Positions 29,025 to 38,591 of a stretch of DNA of 60,666 nt are shown piece by piece. Location: contig DXGF01000023.1 of NCBI GenBank assembly GCA_019114065.1, positions 1 to 60,666 on the forward strand, read 5' to 3'. Position numbers and translations under genes: made by a program. The stretch is from Candidatus Dorea gallistercoris. Lineage in GTDB: Bacteria > Bacillota > Clostridia > Lachnospirales > Lachnospiraceae. The notes beneath the pieces are model-generated. The model worked only from the letters and a program-made list of their open reading frames with translations, did no database searches and was not told the DNA's origin. Each line of letters opens with the position of its first letter. The first letter of the stretch is position 1.

Positions 29025-31256
29025 TTAAATTCGTTGGTGGAAGGTCCTTTGGATCACTTCCCTCTGCTGCTCCCTGGACAGCTTGACGAAATTCACCGCG
29101 TACCCGGATACCCGGATCGTAAGATTGGGATACTGCTCAGGGTGCTCGTAGGCTTCCATAAGAGTCTCCCGATCCAGCACATTAACATTCAGATGATGTG
29201 CCATCTGCCGGAAATATCCATCCAACACCGCCGTCAGGTTCCGAAGCCGCTCCTCCTTCGTCTTGCCCATGGCCTGAGGCACAATGGAGAAAGTATTAGA
29301 GATCCCGTCCCTGCACCAGTCATAGGACAGCTTGGCCACCGAATTCAAAGACGCCAGCGCCCCGCTTCTATCCCGGCCATGCATCGGGTTCGCCCCCGGA
29401 GCGAAAGGCTCTCCCGCCTTTCTCCCATCTGGCGTGGCCCCCGTCTTCTTTCCATATACCACATTGGAAGTGATGGTCAAGATCGACAGTGTCGCTTCCG
29501 CGTCCCGGTATAATTTCTGCTTCTTTAATTCCTCAGAAAACAGCCGCATCTGCTCTCTCGCCAGTTCGTCCGCCCTGTCATCATCGTTTCCATAAGCCGG
29601 GTATGTCCCTTCCACTTCATAGTCTGTGATCAGTCCTGTCTTTGAGTCCCGGATACACCGCACCTTCGCGTACCGGATGGCGGAAAGGGAATCTGCCAGC
29701 ACGCTGAGCCCCGCCACCCCAAATGCCATGTAGCGGTGGACCTTCGTGTCGTGAAGGGCCATCTGGGTCTTCTCATAGGCGTATTTGTCATGCATATAGT
29801 GAATCACGTTCATGGTGTTGGCGTACAGCCTGGCCAGCCAGGGCCGGTACATATCCAGCAGTTCTGTCACCTTGTCATACTCCAGATACTCTCCCTGGTA
29901 GGGCTCATGCTCCGGCCCCACCTGGAGATTCTGCTTCTCATCCCTTCCGCCGTTTAACGCCATCAAAAGCAGTTTCGCCAGGTTGGCTCTGGCGCCAAAG
30001 AACTGCATCTCTTTCCCAATCCGCATAGCGGAGACACAGCAGGCGATGCCATAGTCATCCCCATACCTTGGCCGCATCAGATCATCATTTTCATATTGGA
30101 TGGCATCGGTCTCGCAGGAAACTCTTGCACAGTATCTTTTAAAGTTTTCCGGCAGATCACTGGACCACAGCACCGTCAGGTTTGGCTCTGCCGAAGGTTT
30201 CAGATTGTACAGTGTATGCAGCATCCGATAAGTATTCTTCGTTACCAGACATCTTCCATCTTCTCCCATGCCGCCCAGAGCTTCCGTGATCCACATGGGA
30301 TCCCCCGCGAACAACTCATTATACTCAGGTGTCCGCAGATGCCGGGCCATCCGAAGCTTCATCACAAAATCGTCCATGATCTCCTGGGCTTGCCGCTCTG
30401 TCAGGCTTCCCCTCTCCAGATCCCGTTCAAAGTAAATATCTAAGAATGTAGCCGTCCTTCCCAGGCTCATGGCCGCCCCGTTCTGTTCCTTGATCGCCCC
30501 CAAATAAGCGAAATAAAGCCATTGGACCGCTTCCCTGGCGTTCCCCGCGGGGCCGCCGATATCATAACCGTACATCGCCGCCATCTCTTTTAATTTCCCC
30601 AGGAAATTAATCTGCTGGTACAGCTCTTCCAGCTGGCGGATATGATCCACATCCATATCTTCCATACTAAGCTGCTTTTTATCCTTCTGCTTCTCCCGGA
30701 TCAGGTGATCGATCCCATAGAGCGCCACTCTCCGGTAATCCCCGATGATCCGTCCCCTTCCATAGGCGTCCGGCAGGCCGGTGATCAACCCGCAGTGCCT
30801 GGCCGCCTTTGTCTCGTCGCTGTAGACCCGGAATACGCCGTCATTGTGAGTGGTCCGATACTGGAATTCATCCTCTACCTTCTGGGACAGTTCATATCCA
30901 TAAGCCCGGCAGGCCTCCCTGGTCATCCGCAGGCCCCCGAAAGGATTCACGCCCCGCTTTAAGGGCCGGTCTGTCTGCAATCCCACGATGATCTCCTGGT
31001 CCTTGTCCAGATACCCCGGCTTATAATTCAAAAGAGAGGTGACAGTCTGGGTGTCAATGTCCAGCACACCGCCAAACTCCCGCTCCAGGGCCATCAGATT
31101 CTCCAATTTCCCGAGCAGTTTCTCCGTCCGCGGGGTTGGCGGCGCGAGAAAGTTCTCATCCCCTTCATAAGACCGATAATTTTTCTGGATAAAATCCCGC
31201 ACATCGATCTTCTTCTGCCAAGTTTCTCCTTTGAATCCTTCCCACTGTGCAAACAT
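29025..31256 (-). CDS. pflB: pyruvate formate-lyase (formate C-acetyltransferase)
   Basis: IACCVS active-site Cys-Cys, TIRVSGYAV glycyl-radical loop, [16 protein letters not shown]. Confidence 0.97.
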   Translation of the reverse strand: MFAQWEGFKGETWQKKIDVRDFIQKNYRSYEGDENFLAPPTPRTEKLLGKLENLMALEREFGGVLDIDTQTVTSLLNYKPGYLDKDQEIIVGLQTDRPLKRGVNPFGGLRMTREACRAYGYELSQKVEDEFQYRTTHNDGVFRVYSDETKAARHCGLITGLPDAYGRGRIIGDYRRVALYGIDHLIREKQKDKKQLSMEDMDVDHIRQLEELYQQINFLGKLKEMAAMYGYDIGGPAGNAREAVQWLYFAYLGAIKEQNGAAMSLGRTATFLDIYFERDLERGSLTERQAQEIMDDFVMKLRMARHLRTPEYNELFAGDPMWITEALGGMGEDGRCLVTKNTYRMLHTLYNLKPSAEPNLTVLWSSDLPENFKRYCARVSCETDAIQYENDDLMRPRYGDDYGIACCVSAMRIGKEMQFFGARANLAKLLLMALNGGRDEKQNLQVGPEHEPYQGEYLEYDKVTELLDMYRPWLARLYANTMNVIHYMHDKYAYEKTQMALHDTKVHRYMAFGVAGLSVLADSLSAIRYAKVRCIRDSKTGLITDYEVEGTYPAYGNDDDRADELAREQMRLFSEELKKQKLYRDAEATLSILTITSNVVYGKKTGATPDGRKAGEPFAPGANPMHGRDRSGALASLNSVAKLSYDWCRDGISNTFSIVPQAMGKTKEERLRNLTAVLDGYFRQMAHHLNVNVLDRETLMEAYEHPEQYPNLTIRVSGYAVNFVKLSREQQREVIQRTFHQRI

Positions 31257-31287
31257 CTGCTTCCTCCTGTTTCTTTCGTGTGGCATC

Positions 31288-31388
31288 AAAAAAGGACAGC
31301 ACCTTTTTCGATGCTGCCCAGACGGTCGGCTGATCACGGTACTCCATTCCCCTGTGGTGATCCACATTATCCGTCAGTAATGGAGCCC
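31288..31388 (-). ncRNA. ZMP/ZTP (pfl motif) riboswitch with terminator
   Basis: P1 CTCCATT/AATGGAG, ACTGACGG junction, P2 GTGG-ATCA-CCAC, GGGGA, P3 GCCGACCGTCTGGGC with GACGG/CCGTC pseudoknot complementarity. Overlaps terminator GGGCAGCA...TGCTGTCC-TTTTTT. Confidence 0.93.
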
Positions 31389-31407
31389 TCCTAAGTTTAC
31401 AAGAGAA

Positions 31408-31437
31408 AGTATAGCATCCCTTTGCTCTGTCCGTCAA
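31408..31437 (-). promoter_or_regulatory. sigmaA promoter of pflB
   Basis: TTGACG-18-TATACT with extended TG. Confidence 0.65.
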
Positions 31438-31446
31438 TCCTTTTCT

Positions 31447-32203
31447 TTACGCCCGGCCGTCACTGCCCAAAACATTGACGATACAGCGTACTTCGCCGCT
31501 TTCCTGAGCATATCCTCCGGGATCCCGATGGCATCCGCCAGATTCCCCCATTTGCCTGGATGATCTCTACGTATTTCTGAGAAACCGAAAAAGCCCCGTG
31601 GAGTACGATCAGAAAGTTCGGCAGGCGTTTCTCAATCTCTTCCAGGATATCGAACCGAAGCCGCGGCTTCTGTCCCGGCTTGAATTTGAAGGCGCCGTGG
31701 CTTGTCCCGATGGCGATCGCAAGAGAGTCTGCTCCTGTACGGCTTACGAATTCTTCCATTTCTTCCGGGCGGGTATAGGAGGCATCTTCCGCCTTTACAC
31801 TCACATCATCTTCGATCCCGGCAAGCTTTCCAAGTTCTCCTTCCACCACCACGCCTTTTTCATAGGCATACTCTACCACCTTCCTGGTCAGAGCGATATT
31901 TTCCTCAAAGGGATATTTGGATCCGTCGATATAGGGCTTGCAGATCTCAAAATCCGCGCCGTGATCCAGATGGAGTGCGATCGGAATATCGTTCTCCTCC
32001 AAGGCCGCCTCCACAAGCTTTGTCCGATAGGTATGCTTCGCATACTTCCTTGCTCCCGCGGAAACCTGCAGGATCAGGGGCGACTTCAGCTCACCTGCCG
32101 CTTCTGTGATCCCCTGGACGATCTCCATGTTGTTCACATTGAACGTTCCGATGGCGTATCCTCCCTCATATGCCTTCTTAAACATTTCCTTCGTTGTTGC
32201 TAA
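31447..32203 (-). pseudogene. fba: class II fructose-bisphosphate aldolase pseudogene
   Basis: HLDHG, VEGELG, IGTSHG and VLHG are retained. Lesions: start codon apparently lost, in-frame deletion near 31925, frameshift near 31545, and a large deletion near 31482 before the native-looking C-terminus IVNVLGSDGRA*. Confidence 0.85.
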
Positions 32204-34824
32204 TCGTCTTGGTCTCCGCCGTCTTCCAGCAGAAGCTCCAGTTCACATTTGAAGGTATCTGTCCCTTCCAGGAGTTTCCCGGTCCTTAGGTAGTCAAAAA
32301 ATGTGGCATAACCGTTTGGGGACAGAAAATGAAAAAGATAGCGTTCCCGGATCCCGTCCGCCTCCAGACGCCGGTTCAGTTCCTCAAAATGCCGGCGGGC
32401 ATACCGGTTTTTGGCCCGGTTCTCTTCACTGGCATCCCCGTCCTCTTTGATCTCCACTACTACAAAATAGAGCAGATCTCCCCGGCTGATCTTCAGGAAG
32501 AAGTCCGGGTTGAAGGTGGAATGATAATATTTCCGGGTCTTGGATCGTCCTCCCCCATATCTGCAGCTATAGCTGATCTCATAGAACCCCTTGTCTCCCG
32601 ATTTGATCCAAGCCTCCACAGCCTCCGCGTTCTCACGCCTGCATAACAGATCCACAAACTTGCGTTCCGGCTTCGAGGCCGTGATCACAGCGGTCACAGG
32701 TGTCTTGAACCAGCCATAATTGATCTGGTCTCTGCGGTACGCGGACATCGGGAAAGTTTCATCCGCAAATAGTTCTTCCAGGATCTTCTTCTGCTCTTCG
32801 TCCTGGATTTCCCTCTCCCAGTTGTTGGTAAAAAACACGGTGTGGTCCTGGCGCAGGAGACTCACACTCACCGATTGTCCGGCCAGCTTTCTGGTCGATA
32901 TCTCATACCTGTCTCCCGCCTTCGCCACAGCTATCACAGACTTGCTTTTCTTCCGCAGAAGAGGCGCGAAAGCTGTCAGGATCTTATGGACATTTTTCTC
33001 CACGATCTCTTCTCCCTTATTCCCGCGCTTCTCCATAGAAAGACGGATCATGTCCTCGATCTGCCTCCGGGGCGGAAGCTGATTCTGGGTGTATTCCTGC
33101 TCTCCAAGCCTCAGTGTTCTCCCCTCCCACTCCCGGTCTTCAAATTCGTCGTAGATCTTGTCTACCACCTCATCAATGGTGTAAGTCACATTGCGGATCT
33201 CATAATCCTTCTTCCTGGAATCATGGCCCAGGACAGACTCATAGACCGTCTCCTGCTCCTTCTTCACAGACTGGGACTCCAGCACGATCCCTTCCTTCAT
33301 CATCCTGGAAAAATCTACCGCCCCCGAAGGGGACTTCTTCTCTTCTTCCTTCTGGATCGTGGTATAGTCGATGCTGCGCAGAGTAAAATGATATTTCACC
33401 CGCGGCCCTTCCTCGATCGGCCGGCTGTAGATCCTGGCCTCGATCTCTAGCACCTCCTCTACCAGATCCTTGATCTTCCCGCTCCAGGCGCTGTGGTTGA
33501 AGACCGTCACCTTAGGCTGGGGAAGGGTGTATTCCTCCGGAACTCGAAGTCCCCGCCCCAGTACCTGGGCGATCAGAAGCCGGGAGTTAAACGCCCGCTC
33601 CTTCCAGGGCACGATCTGAAAGACATTTTTCACGTCCCACCCCTCCGTCAGCATAGAGACAGAGACGATCCACCGGGTCTCCTCCTCCCGGTCGTCCACA
33701 TACTTAAGCTTGGCCACATTCGCCCTGTGTTCTCTGGAAGACGTGACGATCAGCACCTGCTTTTCGACCTCGTCCCTCTCCTTTTCTTCCCACTCCATCA
33801 GGAAACGGATCAGGTCCTCACACAGATTCTTAGCGCTTTTGATATCCCTTGTCACCAGAATGCTCAGCGGCTTCACCTTGGGGTAATCCTTGCTATTCTG
33901 CCTGTGGTTCTGATAGATCTTCTGGAACCGTTCCCGGTCGTCACCACTGTCATCTTCCCGCACATAATCCACATTTTTGACCACTTTATCCTCGATCGCC
34001 TGCCGCAGGGAATACCGGAAGATCACATCCGGGAAATACTCATTCTCAAGATAGGCTGTCCCTGTAAATCCCAGCATATAGCGGAAACCATATTTCTCAT
34101 CCAGGAGAAACTCCTTCCACTTCTTGATATTCCTGGCTTCTGAGGTGCTGCCGGAAGGCCGGTTGAAGATGTGGTGGGCCTCATCATTTAAGACCAGTGT
34201 ATCTTCCCCTGTTCCCGCGAAACTGTCCTCGATCGAAGAGCCGGTATTCTGATAGACCGCGTGGATATTTTCCACACACAGATCCCCCGCTTTTACCGTC
34301 TCGTTGGCTGTCACGATCGACGGATTGCGGATCACGGCCTCCTCCGGGATCAGCGCCTTTAAGCCCGGGTCTGAGCTCAGGGACTCAAACTTCTCCGTCA
34401 GTCCCGCCTCGATCGTCAGGGAGGGAGCCAGAACCAGCACCCGCTCCACCAGACCCAGGCCCAGCGCGATCTGGGCAATCCCATAGATCACATAGGACTT
34501 CCCTGTTCCTGTGGCAAGATCCAGATCCGCGTACAGCTTCTCCCTCATCTGCAGGCTGCGCAGAAATTCTTCACTGGAGCCATATTTTTCCTCCAGCTTT
34601 GGATTCTGCCCATAATTCTCCAGGGCCAGATCTCCCAGGTCCCTGTAATTTCCTGAAGCCAGATACAGGACTGCCCGCCGGATCGCTTCCTTCTGATAAG
34701 CCCTGGTCCCGCACAGACGATCCACAAACGGCTGCCAGGCATCATAATCCAGTTTCGCCCCGTCATAAGCCGTGCTGACTTTCAGCACAAGTTCTGACTG
34801 ACGGAATCGCTTCTTTTCTTCCAT
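32200..34824 (-). CDS. res: type III restriction enzyme Res subunit (SF2 helicase plus PD-(D/E)xK nuclease)
   Basis: LATGTGKS, LNDEAHH, FTGT, MLTEGWD, QVLGRGLR, C-terminal PDFF...VVEIK; adjacent to a methyltransferase. Confidence 0.88.
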   Translation of the reverse strand: MEEKKRFRQSELVLKVSTAYDGAKLDYDAWQPFVDRLCGTRAYQKEAIRRAVLYLASGNYRDLGDLALENYGQNPKLEEKYGSSEEFLRSLQMREKLYADLDLATGTGKSYVIYGIAQIALGLGLVERVLVLAPSLTIEAGLTEKFESLSSDPGLKALIPEEAVIRNPSIVTANETVKAGDLCVENIHAVYQNTGSSIEDSFAGTGEDTLVLNDEAHHIFNRPSGSTSEARNIKKWKEFLLDEKYGFRYMLGFTGTAYLENEYFPDVIFRYSLRQAIEDKVVKNVDYVREDDSGDDRERFQKIYQNHRQNSKDYPKVKPLSILVTRDIKSAKNLCEDLIRFLMEWEEKERDEVEKQVLIVTSSREHRANVAKLKYVDDREEETRWIVSVSMLTEGWDVKNVFQIVPWKERAFNSRLLIAQVLGRGLRVPEEYTLPQPKVTVFNHSAWSGKIKDLVEEVLEIEARIYSRPIEEGPRVKYHFTLRSIDYTTIQKEEEKKSPSGAVDFSRMMKEGIVLESQSVKKEQETVYESVLGHDSRKKDYEIRNVTYTIDEVVDKIYDEFEDREWEGRTLRLGEQEYTQNQLPPRRQIEDMIRLSMEKRGNKGEEIVEKNVHKILTAFAPLLRKKSKSVIAVAKAGDRYEISTRKLAGQSVSVSLLRQDHTVFFTNNWEREIQDEEQKKILEELFADETFPMSAYRRDQINYGWFKTPVTAVITASKPERKFVDLLCRRENAEAVEAWIKSGDKGFYEISYSCRYGGGRSKTRKYYHSTFNPDFFLKISRGDLLYFVVVEIKEDGDASEENRAKNRYARRHFEELNRRLEADGIRERYLFHFLSPNGYATFFDYLRTGKLLEGTDTFKCELELLLEDGGDQDD

Positions 34825-34857
34825 CCTGTTTGTTACGCTCCTTTATATTCCGCTTCT

Positions 34858-36738
34858 TTACAGCGCAAATCTTCCCTTTGCGTCGTTTCCAAAAATATCT
34901 GTGTAGATCACCAGCATCTCTTTCGCCTCTTGGGGCTTCTTTAGCTGGAGCAGGATCTTCCCGTCCGTCACCTTAAGGTCATCCGCGAAGAAGAAGTCCG
35001 ACAGCACAAATTCTTCTCCACTGTAATTGGTATCTACAAAAATGGCAGCCAGACAGTCGAAGCCGGACATCTGCTTTTCCTCCGCGGTCTTCTCAGACCG
35101 GGGTTCCTTCGACCGAAAGTCTGAGACCGTAAGCAGGATCGTCTCCCCTGTCACCTCCACACTGCTCTCCACCTCTGCGTGCCGCTGGAAAGAAAATCCC
35201 ACCACTTCTTCCATCTCATTGATCTGTGTTTTCGATCTTGGCTGTCGGAACCGGTGGAATTCCTCCCGATGCAGTTCCCGGATCACCCGGTAAGGGATGT
35301 CCAGGAAATAATAGCGGACCCCGTCCAGATCTTCATAGCTGGTCATAAAATCAAACCGGTTCTTGGGCGCCACGATATAGATCCGCCCTCCGGCCATCCT
35401 CCGGCCCGCGTGACGGCTCACACTTTCCAGGAACGCCTCGTCCACATCCGCGTCCGGGAATCTCTGATAGTCAAAGATAATCACCGGATTCCCGTCTTTC
35501 TGCCCGTCAAAGACATATCCTCCGATCTTATACTCTCCCAGGTCGATGTCGAAGAGTCCGGAGACAAATTCCTTATATTTCCCAAATTCTAGATCCAGCG
35601 CCATCTTAAGATCATAGGATCCAAGGGTGCAGGTCATAAACGGCCTGGGGTCCTTCTTGTACTTGGGTGGGTTTTTCGCCTGACTGAGAAGGTTCCTGCT
35701 CTCCCCGATCTTGAGGATCCGCTTCTGGCAGATATAGTAAGACAGCTTCCCCCCGTCGCACAGGATCCAGCGCCGGGAAAGTTTCTCCGCCACCACCGCT
35801 GTAGTCCCGGAACCGGCGAAGAAATCCATTACCAAATCCCCTTCCCTGGTGGAGGCCTGGATGATCCGCTTTAGCAGCTCTTCCGGCTTCTGGGTCGGGT
35901 ACCCCGCCAGTTCACTGCGGTAACGGTCACAGGACCAGATATCCACCCACCAGTCCTCCACCTTTTTCCCCTGCCTTTCCATCTCCTCTTTCTTTCCCTC
36001 CCCTTCCGCGGAAGCCCCGAACAGCTGCCCGGTATTGTGGACACCGCTCTTGTGGCTGATCCTGGGAGGATAGAACGCATTGTCTGCTGTCCGGCTGTAA
36101 AACAAGATCGTATCATGTTTCCTGGGGAAATAATTTCCCGCCTGAGAAGGACCGGTATAGCACCAGGCGATCTCATTGCGGAAGTGATTCTTCCCGAAGA
36201 TCTCATCCATGAGCACCTTGATATAATGGCTCATCTTCTGATCCAGATGCACATAGATGCTTCCATCCGGGGACAGAAGTTCCCGCGCCAGCAGAAGGCG
36301 CCTTCTCAGGAATTCCACGAACTCGGCTCCCTTTTTCTTGTCGTTGTAGGCCTTCGCCCCTTCCTTATTCTGAAACTCGTCCGTGGTCGCAAAAGGCGGA
36401 TCGATGTAGATCAGCTTCACCTTCCCCTTCACCTTCCCCCGGATCAACGGGTCCTCATCCTTATATATCGTCTTTAGAAACTGCAGATTATCCCCGGAGA
36501 CGATCAGATTCCTCCACTCATCTTCCCGCGCGCTCCGGAATATCTGCTCCGTCTGCAAAGGAACCGGAAAAGACCCGTCGTCATTGGCCAACAGGTCCTC
36601 TTTTCGCATCTTTCCCGCGTAGGCCAGCTCATATTCTTCATGCTTCACCGGAAACAATCTGTAACGGAAATCTTCCGGGATCTGTTCTCCTTTTTCGATC
36701 AGTCCGATCAGATAATCTTTTTCTGCCTTGCTCAACAT
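34858..36738 (-). CDS. mod: type III Mod subunit, beta-class amino-DNA methyltransferase
   Basis: GDNL, YIDPPF (motif IV) preceding YPTQKPE and DFFAGSGTT (motif I). Confidence 0.9.
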   Translation of the reverse strand: MLSKAEKDYLIGLIEKGEQIPEDFRYRLFPVKHEEYELAYAGKMRKEDLLANDDGSFPVPLQTEQIFRSAREDEWRNLIVSGDNLQFLKTIYKDEDPLIRGKVKGKVKLIYIDPPFATTDEFQNKEGAKAYNDKKKGAEFVEFLRRRLLLARELLSPDGSIYVHLDQKMSHYIKVLMDEIFGKNHFRNEIAWCYTGPSQAGNYFPRKHDTILFYSRTADNAFYPPRISHKSGVHNTGQLFGASAEGEGKKEEMERQGKKVEDWWVDIWSCDRYRSELAGYPTQKPEELLKRIIQASTREGDLVMDFFAGSGTTAVVAEKLSRRWILCDGGKLSYYICQKRILKIGESRNLLSQAKNPPKYKKDPRPFMTCTLGSYDLKMALDLEFGKYKEFVSGLFDIDLGEYKIGGYVFDGQKDGNPVIIFDYQRFPDADVDEAFLESVSRHAGRRMAGGRIYIVAPKNRFDFMTSYEDLDGVRYYFLDIPYRVIRELHREEFHRFRQPRSKTQINEMEEVVGFSFQRHAEVESSVEVTGETILLTVSDFRSKEPRSEKTAEEKQMSGFDCLAAIFVDTNYSGEEFVLSDFFFADDLKVTDGKILLQLKKPQEAKEMLVIYTDIFGNDAKGRFAL

Positions 36739-36765
36739 CTTTTCTTTCGTCCTCCATATTGTTTC

Positions 36766-36794
36766 AGTATATTACAAAATCCCCTCGATTACAA
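36766..36794 (-). promoter_or_regulatory. sigmaA promoter upstream of mod
   Basis: TTGTAA-17-TATACT on the minus strand. Confidence 0.6.
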
Positions 36795-36816
36795 TCGTAA
36801 AATCCCGGCCAGTCCG

Positions 36817-36845
36817 GCACAATTTCCAGCCCTTTTCATAGTATA
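36817..36845 (+). promoter_or_regulatory. mother-cell (sigmaK/sigmaE-like) promoter of cotJ
   Basis: GCACA...CATAGTATA upstream of cotJA. Confidence 0.45.
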
Positions 36846-36877
36846 GTAGTGCAAATATTTTTGGAAGGAGAATCCAT

Positions 36878-37156
36878 ATGCCGAATTACCGATATCATTC
36901 GCAGGATTATATGAGACGCGGCGGATGCGGAAGAAATCCCTCTTCTGCCTCTTCCGCCTGTCCGGACCGCTATCCCGGAACAGAAAATACCGGCTGCGCG
37001 CCAAAAGACCCCATTGCCGGAATGCCGGTCGCCATGGCTTACGTTCCCTGGCAGGAATGGAGGAATCTCTATGACGCAAGACAGGGCTTTTGCTGCGGAA
37101 CCATATTTGAAGATCTGAACAAGCCATTTCAGGGAATGGGAGGGTGCCGCAGATGA
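36878..37156 (+). CDS. cotJA: spore coat protein CotJA
   Basis: AMAYVPWQ...GTIFEDLNKPF. Confidence 0.92.
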   Translation: MPNYRYHSQDYMRRGGCGRNPSSASSACPDRYPGTENTGCAPKDPIAGMPVAMAYVPWQEWRNLYDARQGFCCGTIFEDLNKPFQGMGGCRR

Positions 37157-37431
37157 ATGAAGCAAGAAGAAGCAGGAAAGAAATGTTAGACTGGATCAAT
37201 ATGATAAGCTTTGCTGTAGACGATGTCAAGCTCTTCCTGGACTCCCACCCTGACTGTCAGGAGGCGCTGGAGTATTTCCAGGATATGAAAGCTCAGCGGG
37301 TCCAGGCATTGAAAGAGTACGCCAAGTATTATGGTCCCCTGACCATAGACACCGCAGACCCATCCTGCATGACAGACCAGCGCTGGATGTGGATCGATGA
37401 GCCATGGCCATGGCAGGAAGGAGGCTGTTGA
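37153..37431 (+). CDS. cotJB: spore coat protein CotJB
   Basis: LFLDSHPD, YGPLT, W.W...PWPWQ; ATGA overlap with cotJA. Confidence 0.93.
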   Translation: MNEARRSRKEMLDWINMISFAVDDVKLFLDSHPDCQEALEYFQDMKAQRVQALKEYAKYYGPLTIDTADPSCMTDQRWMWIDEPWPWQEGGC

Positions 37432-37434
37432 TTT

Positions 37435-38043
37435 ATGTGGAACTATGAAAAACGTCTGCAGTATCCCGTGAAGATCTCCCAGACCAATCCCAGGATCGCC
37501 CAGGTGATCATCAGTCAGTTCGGAGGACCGGATGGGGAACTGGCCGCCTCCATGCGCTATCTGTCCCAAAGATATACCATGCCTTATAAAGAGGTGACCG
37601 GACTTCTGACGGATATCGGCACGGAGGAACTGGCACATATGGAAATGATCTGCGCCATCGTCTACCAGCTCACCAAAGACCTGACGCCTGAGGAAATTGA
37701 GAAATATGGCTTTGACAAATATTACGTAGACCATACGCTGGCCCTGTGGCCCCAGGCCGCTTCCGGGACTCCCTGGACCGCCACTTATCTCCAGTCCAAG
37801 GGGGACCCGATCACCGACCTTCACGAAGACCTGGCCGCGGAACAGAAAGCCAGGACCACCTATGACAATATCCTCCGCCTGATCAAAGACCCGGAGGTCT
37901 GCGATCCCATCCGTTTCTTAAGAGAGCGGGAGATCGTCCACTACCAGAGGTTTGGAGAAGGACTCCGGATCGTCCAGGATAAACTGGACAGCCGGAATTT
38001 CTACGCCTTCAACCCGGAGTTTGACGGCAAGAACTGCCGCTAG
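37435..38043 (+). CDS. cotJC: spore coat manganese catalase-family protein CotJC
   Basis: MWNYEKRLQYPV, QFGGPDGEL, DIGTEELAH, FLREREIVH. Confidence 0.96.
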   Translation: MWNYEKRLQYPVKISQTNPRIAQVIISQFGGPDGELAASMRYLSQRYTMPYKEVTGLLTDIGTEELAHMEMICAIVYQLTKDLTPEEIEKYGFDKYYVDHTLALWPQAASGTPWTATYLQSKGDPITDLHEDLAAEQKARTTYDNILRLIKDPEVCDPIRFLREREIVHYQRFGEGLRIVQDKLDSRNFYAFNPEFDGKNCR

Positions 38044-38047
38044 AACC

Positions 38048-38089
38048 AAAGGCAGGAGACGGACCTTCTGTGTCCCTCTCCTGTCTTTT
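38048..38089. terminator. bidirectional terminator
   Basis: AAAGGCAGGAGA...TCTCCTGTCTTT between convergent genes. Confidence 0.65.
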
Positions 38090-38110
38090 CTTCTATGGAC
38101 TTTCTCTGTT

Positions 38111-38515
38111 TTACCGGATCAGCAGATATACGATCACGGCAGCGACCACAATGATCGCGATCCCAAGGATGATCACCGGCGCCTTGGAAAGCTTTTCATC
38201 CTCATAGTAATCGTCATAATAATCATCCTCGATCTTTTCTCTGCGCCTTGACTTTTTCGGCTGCGGCTGGGATTTCTTCTTCCTGCCCCGGCCTTCATCA
38301 ACAGAAAGCATATCATCATATGCTTTTCGCATCTCACTCTCCCGCTTCTGGCGCACGTGCTTGGGCGGGATATTGGAGTACTTCTGCTCTGTACGCTTTT
38401 CACGGTCCTGCTCCCCTGAGGGCGCTTTGAATTTCTTCTTACAGTGATAGCAGAGCAGATAATTGGGATCCTTTTTCCCCGGTTTTAACTGTTGACCGCA
38501 TATCGGACACTTCAT
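38111..38515 (-). CDS. zinc-ribbon, tail-anchored membrane protein (hypothetical)
   Basis: CPIC...CYHC, charged linker, C-terminal TM; GGAGG RBS. Confidence 0.75.
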   Translation of the reverse strand: MKCPICGQQLKPGKKDPNYLLCYHCKKKFKAPSGEQDREKRTEQKYSNIPPKHVRQKRESEMRKAYDDMLSVDEGRGRKKKSQPQPKKSRRREKIEDDYYDDYYEDEKLSKAPVIILGIAIIVVAAVIVYLLIR

Positions 38516-38591
38516 TGGTATCTTATGCCTCCTCCTCAACGTAATATGTACATCACGATTATACTACACGCAGATAAAAATGGCAAAATTT

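Noticed and set aside
31257-31367. N-terminal extension of the pflB ORF
   Set aside because: It overlaps the riboswitch; the RBS supports ATG 31256. Extensions on sigG, mraZ, glyA, htrA, ftsQ and codY were trimmed for similar reasons.
31530-31560. Programmed frameshift in fba
   Set aside because: Two deletions and a lost start accompany it, so decay is the simpler explanation.
34858-36738. Phase-variable simple sequence repeat in mod
   Set aside because: I saw no tandem repeat tract or long homopolymer in the gene or its promoter.
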